42,303 nt of DNA from Actinomycetes bacterium (GTDB lineage: Bacteria; Actinomycetota; UBA4738; HRBIN12). The notes beneath the pieces are model-generated. The model saw only the letters and a program-made list of their open reading frames with translations, searched no databases and was not told where the DNA came from. The position numbers and the translations under genes are program-made. This document shows positions 37,504-42,303 of the stretch, piece by piece (position 1 is the stretch's first letter; each line of letters starts with the position of its first letter). The stretch covers positions 1-42,303 of the forward strand of contig JANMPG010000232.1 of assembly GCA_031369745.1 (NCBI GenBank), given 5' to 3'.

Positions 37504-37986
37504 TCAGACCGACGCGCCGTCGTGACCGACGCCGGCTTCCCGCCCGATCCCGTCGCGCACGCGGTCCAGGAAGTCTTTAATCGTAGCCTCGGCGACGCGG
37601 AACAGCAGCGCTCGATCCATCGCCCGTCCGAGCGCTCCGAGTGGCGGGACGTAGCGGGCGCTGATCGACAGTTGGCACCGATCGTGCCCGAGCGGGGCGA
37701 CCTCGAGATCCGCATCCATCGCCGGGAACAACCCCGTGGCACCGGTCGCCGTCCATCGCAAGGGCACGACGGTTTTGGTCGGTAGCCGGATCGGGGTGCC
37801 GAGGTCGATCGCCACCTGGCGAGCGATGCGGACGTCGTCGCCGAAGCCGACCTCGGCCAACAGCCGATCCCCGCGGAGGTTGGCCTGCGTGGCGAGCCCC
37901 GGGAGCCACGAGCCGGGCGCCTCGGTGAGCACCTGCTCCACACGCTCTCGCTGCAGAGGCAGTTCGACGTAGTAGCGGGCGAACAT
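37504..37986 (-). CDS. Hypothetical 160-aa protein (possibly SRPBCC/helix-grip-like)
   Basis: MFARYYVEL...LFPAMDADLEV...LSISARYVPPLGALGRAMDRALLFRVAEATIKDFLDRV; start at ATG 37986. Confidence 0.65.
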   Translation of the reverse strand: MFARYYVELPLQRERVEQVLTEAPGSWLPGLATQANLRGDRLLAEVGFGDDVRIARQVAIDLGTPIRLPTKTVVPLRWTATGATGLFPAMDADLEVAPLGHDRCQLSISARYVPPLGALGRAMDRALLFRVAEATIKDFLDRVRDGIGREAGVGHDGASV

Positions 37987-38022
37987 GCCAGGAAGTCTGC
38001 AGGTCCGCATGCGTACCTGCAC

Positions 38023-38060
38023 GGGACCAGGGTCCCTGGCGAGCAGGGACCCTTGGACGC
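38023..38060. promoter_or_regulatory. DosR/DevR-type operator: palindrome GGGAC-CAGG-GTCCC plus adjacent secondary site
   Basis: 38023-38036 is a perfect GGGAC-N4-GTCCC core, as in the mycobacterial DosR box. A second GGGACCCTTGGACGC lies at 38046-38060, between divergent genes. Confidence 0.65.
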
Positions 38061-38125
38061 GCGAGGCACCGAACTCGCCCCGCATACTCGCGTGGATGCT
38101 CATCGACCAGAAAGGAGCACCGCCC

Positions 38126-39484
38126 ATGCGACGTTTCAACGTGGTTGCGGCCGCCGCGCTCCTCGTTCTCGTGCTCGTGGCCAGTGCGTGCACGAGCTCG
38201 AGCGACTCGGGGACCGGCGCCGGAGCGGGGGAGGCAGCCGCGGCCGCCGCGTTCGACGTTTCCTTGACCGACCAGCTCAAGATCGTGCCCGAGATGATCG
38301 ACGCACCGGCAGACACGCCCCTGACGTTCAACGTGACGAACGATGGGGCGACGCAGCATTCGTTCGGGGTCCAGGCAGGCGGACAGACGTTCGAGACGGC
38401 CATGCTCGATGCGGGAGCGACGGCAGCTCTCGAGGTGCCGGCGTTGCCGGAAGGCGACTACGTCACGCTGTGCACGGTGCCCGGTCACGCCGACGCCGGC
38501 ATGAAAGGCATGCTGATGGTGTCGGGGTCCGGCACGACGCAGGCAGCCGGTGACACATCGGCATCACCCGTGCCCTCGTCGATGACTGCGCAGGAGATGG
38601 CCGACTCGCACGCGGCCGGCGTCGAGGCATTCGTCAAGCAGCTCACCGACGGTCCGAATACCGAGGGGATCGGCAATCAGCCTCTCAAGCCGCAGATGGA
38701 CGGCGGCGTCAAGGTGTTCAACATCACCGTGTCGCAGATCCAATGGGAGATCACGACCGGCACGTTCGTGGACGCGATGGCATTCAACGACCAGGTGCCG
38801 GGTCCCCTGATCACGGTCAACCCCGGGGATCGAGTCCGGTTCTTCATCCAGAACCAGATGGATCAACCGTTCGTCCTGCACTTCCACGGGTTGTCCGTGC
38901 CCAACGAGATGGACGGTGTGCCCTACATCACACAGGACCCGATCATGCCCGGCACGTCGTGGACCTACGAGTTCACGATCAAGGATCCGCCCGGCATGTA
39001 CGTCTATCACTCGCACTTCAACTCGGCCGAGCAGGTCGGGGCCGGGCTGTTCGGGGCGATCAACGTGGAGCCGAAGGCCGGATGGACCTCCGTGTATGGA
39101 GTCAACCCGGGCGTGGAGAGCACGATGTTCATCGGGGACGGGCAGCTCGGCTACAACCTCAACGGCAAGGGGTTCCCCTCAACGCTGCCGATCATCGCCA
39201 AGCGGGGACAGTGGGTGCTGCTCCACATGGCCAACGAAGGCGAGCTGCTGCATCCGATGCACCTGCACGGGATGCACTTCCAGGTGGTCGGGGTGGACGG
39301 GTTCCCGCTCGCTGCGTCCGCTCGCTACATGGCCGACACCTTGACGATCGCGCCGGGCCAACGTTTCGACCTGCTCGTCAAGGCCGATAGCCCGGGTGTG
39401 TGGGCGTTCCACTGCCACATCCTGAACCACGTCGAAGGACCAGAAGGCATGTTCGGCATGGTGACCGCCCTGATCGTGCAGTGA
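38126..39484 (+). CDS. Lipoprotein: cupredoxin domain fused to a two-domain multicopper oxidase
   Basis: AAAGGAG RBS; lipobox LVASAC; cupredoxin QHSF...CTVPGHADAGM; MCO motifs LHFHG, YHSH, HPMHLHG and FHCHILNH...GM. Confidence 0.9.
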   Translation: MRRFNVVAAAALLVLVLVASACTSSSDSGTGAGAGEAAAAAAFDVSLTDQLKIVPEMIDAPADTPLTFNVTNDGATQHSFGVQAGGQTFETAMLDAGATAALEVPALPEGDYVTLCTVPGHADAGMKGMLMVSGSGTTQAAGDTSASPVPSSMTAQEMADSHAAGVEAFVKQLTDGPNTEGIGNQPLKPQMDGGVKVFNITVSQIQWEITTGTFVDAMAFNDQVPGPLITVNPGDRVRFFIQNQMDQPFVLHFHGLSVPNEMDGVPYITQDPIMPGTSWTYEFTIKDPPGMYVYHSHFNSAEQVGAGLFGAINVEPKAGWTSVYGVNPGVESTMFIGDGQLGYNLNGKGFPSTLPIIAKRGQWVLLHMANEGELLHPMHLHGMHFQVVGVDGFPLAASARYMADTLTIAPGQRFDLLVKADSPGVWAFHCHILNHVEGPEGMFGMVTALIVQ

Positions 39485-39518
39485 CGCGATGCGCGGTGAT
39501 CGTCGCGCTGCGGCTCGC

Positions 39519-40667
39519 TCAGGCGGGAAGCAGCGCGGTGATCGTCGTGCCCTCCCCCGCGACGCTGTCGGCGCGGAACGTGCCGCCCATCGACTCCACC
39601 CTGGCCCGGAGGTTGGCCAGGCCCATGCCGCTTCGAGGTGCGTCGACGTCGAAACCGGCGCCGTCGTCGTCGATCTGCAACTCGATGCCGGCATCGGACG
39701 TATGGCGAAGTGACACCCGGCACGTCGTCGCACCCGCGTGCCGGCCCACGTTGGACAATCCCTCGCGGATCAACTGGATGACGTCGGCCGCGTTGGAGGC
39801 GAGCTCGGCCGCCGCTCGCTCCTGGACGTCGGCGATCGTGACCACGTCGGTGCGCGCGGCGAACTCGCCGCACAGCTGGCGGATCGCCTCATCGAGTTGG
39901 CGGTCGGCAAGGATGCCCGGGCGCAACCCGAAGATGTAGTTGCGCAGATCGCGGATCGCGCGATCGATATCTTCGACCGCGTTTTCCAAGCGGCCGGAGA
40001 TCTCGGCGTCGTGCGCCATCGCCGCGGCTCCCTGCAGCCCCATGCCGACCGCGAAGAGAGATTGCACCACCCCGTCGTGCAGCTCTTTGGCGATGCGCTC
40101 CCGCTCCTCGAGGACCTCGAGTCGCCGACGCTCCAGCTGAGCATGCTGGGCATCCTCGTACAGCCGGGCGTTGTCGATCGCGACACCTGCCTGGGTGGCC
40201 AGGACGACGAGGGCGGCTTCGTCGTCATCGGAGAACGCAGCCGCGTCGCGTTTGTCGGTCAAGTAGATGTTGCCGAAGATGCGCCCCAGCGCCCGCACGG
40301 GCGCACCCAGGAGGGAGTGCATCGGTGGATGGTTGGGCGGGAACCCGTAGGAGCGCGGGTCCTTGGTGAGGTCGGGGAGGCGGATCGGCTCCTGGTGCTC
40401 GATCAGCAGGCCGAGGATGCCGTGCCCGGTCGGCGGATCACCGATGCGGTGGCGCTCCTCGCGGGAAAGCCCGGTCGTGATGAATCGCTCGATCCTCCGG
40501 TCCGATCCGAGCACGCCGAGCGCGCCATAGGTGGCACCGGCGATCTCGACGGCGAGGTCGACGATGTGCTGCAGAACCACGTCCAGGTCGAGCTCGGCGG
40601 CCAGCGTGAGGCCGGCCTCGATGAGCATCCGCTCACGCGAGCGGGGCAGGTCTGCTGGGTCGCTCAC
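39519..40667 (-). CDS. GAF-domain sensor histidine kinase, DevS/DosS-like
   Basis: GFPPNHPPM and IYLTDK (the DosS heme-ligand His and distal Tyr positions); ERERIAKELHDGVVQSLF (HisKA_3); EGLSNVGRHA, DDGAGF and GMGLANL. Confidence 0.92.
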   Translation of the reverse strand: MSDPADLPRSRERMLIEAGLTLAAELDLDVVLQHIVDLAVEIAGATYGALGVLGSDRRIERFITTGLSREERHRIGDPPTGHGILGLLIEHQEPIRLPDLTKDPRSYGFPPNHPPMHSLLGAPVRALGRIFGNIYLTDKRDAAAFSDDDEAALVVLATQAGVAIDNARLYEDAQHAQLERRRLEVLEERERIAKELHDGVVQSLFAVGMGLQGAAAMAHDAEISGRLENAVEDIDRAIRDLRNYIFGLRPGILADRQLDEAIRQLCGEFAARTDVVTIADVQERAAAELASNAADVIQLIREGLSNVGRHAGATTCRVSLRHTSDAGIELQIDDDGAGFDVDAPRSGMGLANLRARVESMGGTFRADSVAGEGTTITALLPA

Positions 40668-40677
40668 GCGACGAAGA

Positions 40678-41238
40678 CTAGCTTGCGCTGCGAGTGAGGA
40701 CGCCCGCGGGTCGCGGTGGGCGGAAATCGGCGGTCAAACCCCGGACGATCACGAGGAAGAGGGTCAACACCCCGGTGATGCCGTACAAGGCGATCATCCA
40801 GGGGCGTTGCGTGTCCGTGCCGGCGAACACGCCGTGCAGCAACGCGAGCACGAACGCCGGGACGGCAAGCAGGTGGATCGTGCGCCACGCCCTGGTGCTC
40901 ATCTTGGCGCGCGTCCAGCTGCTGACCATGACCAGCACGATCGCATACATCGCGACGACGCCCGCGGTGAGCGCGAGCGGGCGGAACGTCGAGTGCATCG
41001 GGATCAAGACGTCGAGCGGGTCGAACTGCATGTAGCCGTCCAGGACCAGTAGCAGCAGATGCACACCCAAGAGCGCAAGGCCCGTGGACGCGACGAAGGC
41101 GTGGAACGCGTTCGCGGCGGGCTTGGAGATGTGACGCTTGACCACCCCCGTGGTGGCGACGATGCCCCACGCGACGGCCAGCCACAGGGCCACGTACGCG
41201 CCGATGCCCGCAGCCCGGAGCAGGACCCACGTCATCAT
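40678..41238 (-). CDS. Ferric reductase-like (MsrQ-type) heme b transmembrane protein
   Basis: Multiple TM helices with paired His (FH...VH; WRTIHL...LLHG) and GTD. Confidence 0.85.
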   Translation of the reverse strand: MMTWVLLRAAGIGAYVALWLAVAWGIVATTGVVKRHISKPAANAFHAFVASTGLALLGVHLLLLVLDGYMQFDPLDVLIPMHSTFRPLALTAGVVAMYAIVLVMVSSWTRAKMSTRAWRTIHLLAVPAFVLALLHGVFAGTDTQRPWMIALYGITGVLTLFLVIVRGLTADFRPPRPAGVLTRSAS

Positions 41239-42107
41239 GCGGCGTCCTCCTCGATCGGCATCGAGATCACGATCTCGCCGGATCTGGTGACGAGCACCGC
41301 CGGGTAGCGCGCCGCGGCGTCTGTGCCGAGGAGCAACGCGTGCGTGGCGCCCACTTCCGCCTCAGCGCAGGTTGCGGCCCACACGCTGGCCTGGATCACC
41401 TCGGTGCGCGCCGGGGCGCCCGTGAACGGATCGATCACATGGTGCGCATCGATGCCCCACGCTCGTGCGCAGACCGAGGATGTGGCGAGCGCGCCGGACC
41501 GGATGTGCGAGCGAAGGAGCTCCTCGTTGCCGGGTCCGGGATCCTCGATCGCGACCTCGAGCGCCGGCGCGTCGCCTGCGACGCGCAGGTCCCCACCAGC
41601 GTTCACCAACACCCAGGGAAGGCCGGCGGCGATCGCGTCGTCGGCGGCGCGATCCACGCACCACCCTTTCGCGATGCCACCGAGATCCAGATGAACGCCG
41701 GTGGGGAGGAACACGGCGCCGGGTCGGCTTCGGATCTCACGCCAGCGCCCGCAGGGAGCGCTGGGGTGCAACGCGCCTCGAGCTCCCGCGAGGATCTCGT
41801 CGAAGTCGCGGTCATACCCCGCGGCGACCAAGGCGTCGTGCACCGTCGGGTCGAAGATGCCGTCGGTCGTTCGTGCGGCTGCGAGCGCGGCGGCGAGGAC
41901 CTCGGCGAACCCGTCGGACACGCTCGTCCACCGACCCGCGCGCTGATTGACCGATGTGAGCTCGCTGTCACCGCGGAAGCGTGAGAAGCGCCGATCCTCG
42001 GCGAGGAACCGCCGGCGCAGGACCGAGGAGGCGGCGTCGAACGCGCCATGGTCGGGACCGTGCACGGTGACGTCGGTGCCCATCGAACGAAAGCCCACCG
42101 ATCGCAT
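41235..42107 (-). CDS. apbE: FAD:protein FMN transferase
   Basis: MGT, FSRFRGDSEL, TDGIFDPT, LDLGGIAKG, NAGGD, ALATS and HHVIDPFTG. Confidence 0.93.
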   Translation of the reverse strand: MRSVGFRSMGTDVTVHGPDHGAFDAASSVLRRRFLAEDRRFSRFRGDSELTSVNQRAGRWTSVSDGFAEVLAAALAAARTTDGIFDPTVHDALVAAGYDRDFDEILAGARGALHPSAPCGRWREIRSRPGAVFLPTGVHLDLGGIAKGWCVDRAADDAIAAGLPWVLVNAGGDLRVAGDAPALEVAIEDPGPGNEELLRSHIRSGALATSSVCARAWGIDAHHVIDPFTGAPARTEVIQASVWAATCAEAEVGATHALLLGTDAAARYPAVLVTRSGEIVISMPIEEDAA

Positions 42108-42110
42108 GGC

Positions 42111-42303
42111 TTAGGAGCCTCCCGAGCTGGTTACCGGGGGAGCGGGTGCCGCCGCCGCCGGGACGTTCGCCGTGATCTGGCCGCCACTGCTGCCGCCCGT
42201 GTAGGTCGGCGCGGTGGCGACCGGATCGACGATGATCACCCGCCGCGTGATGTGCTTCTCGATCACGTGCCGGGCCGGCGCCCGCTTCGCGCCGTTGGTC
42301 GCC
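42111..42303 (-). CDS. C-terminal part of a Pro/Ala-rich protein ending ...PPVTSSGGS (5' end outside the window)
   Basis: Manual translation: ATNGAKRAPARHVIEKHITRRVIIVDPVATAPTYTGGSSGGQITANVPAAAAPAPPVTSSGGS-stop (TAA 42113-42111), 3 nt before the apbE start. Confidence 0.7.
   Translation of the reverse strand, partial: ATNGAKRAPARHVIEKHITRRVIIVDPVATAPTYTGGSSGGQITANVPAAAAPAPPVTSSGGS

Overview
High-GC (roughly 68-70% by eye) bacterial chromosomal window, most consistent with a deep-branching actinobacterium. This rests on the birA/bPH_2/acyl-CoA carboxylase beta-epsilon neighbourhood, a DevR/DevS-like pair and pervasive leaderless TAGNNT promoters. I see about 37 genes, densely packed, and no rRNA, tRNA, CRISPR array, transposase or integrase. 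Three blocks stand out. (1) 1-22.3 kb is a dispersed acyl-CoA/ethylmalonyl-CoA-type metabolic cluster (biotin carboxylase, birA, 3-hydroxybutyryl-CoA dehydrogenase, pccB plus a putative epsilon subunit, ccr, mce, thiolase). It is interleaved with a STAND-type class III cyclase, an M23 peptidase, a CopC-CopD fusion that lacks a nearby stop, glycosyltransferases, a solo Cas4-like nuclease and an atypical FtsH-like protease. (2) 22.3-31.9 kb holds a complete nurA-herA-sbcD(mre11)-sbcC(rad50) operon, followed by a 1003-aa membrane-anchored coiled-coil 'pseudo-histidine kinase' preceded by a sigma-28-like promoter. (3) 36-42.3 kb is a DevR/DevS-like redox island with DosR-type boxes, a DoxX protein, a lipoprotein cupredoxin fused to a two-domain multicopper oxidase, and an ApbE + ferric-reductase-like + C-terminal 'SGGS' protein flavinylation module. 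All family calls come from motif recognition by eye; no searches were run.
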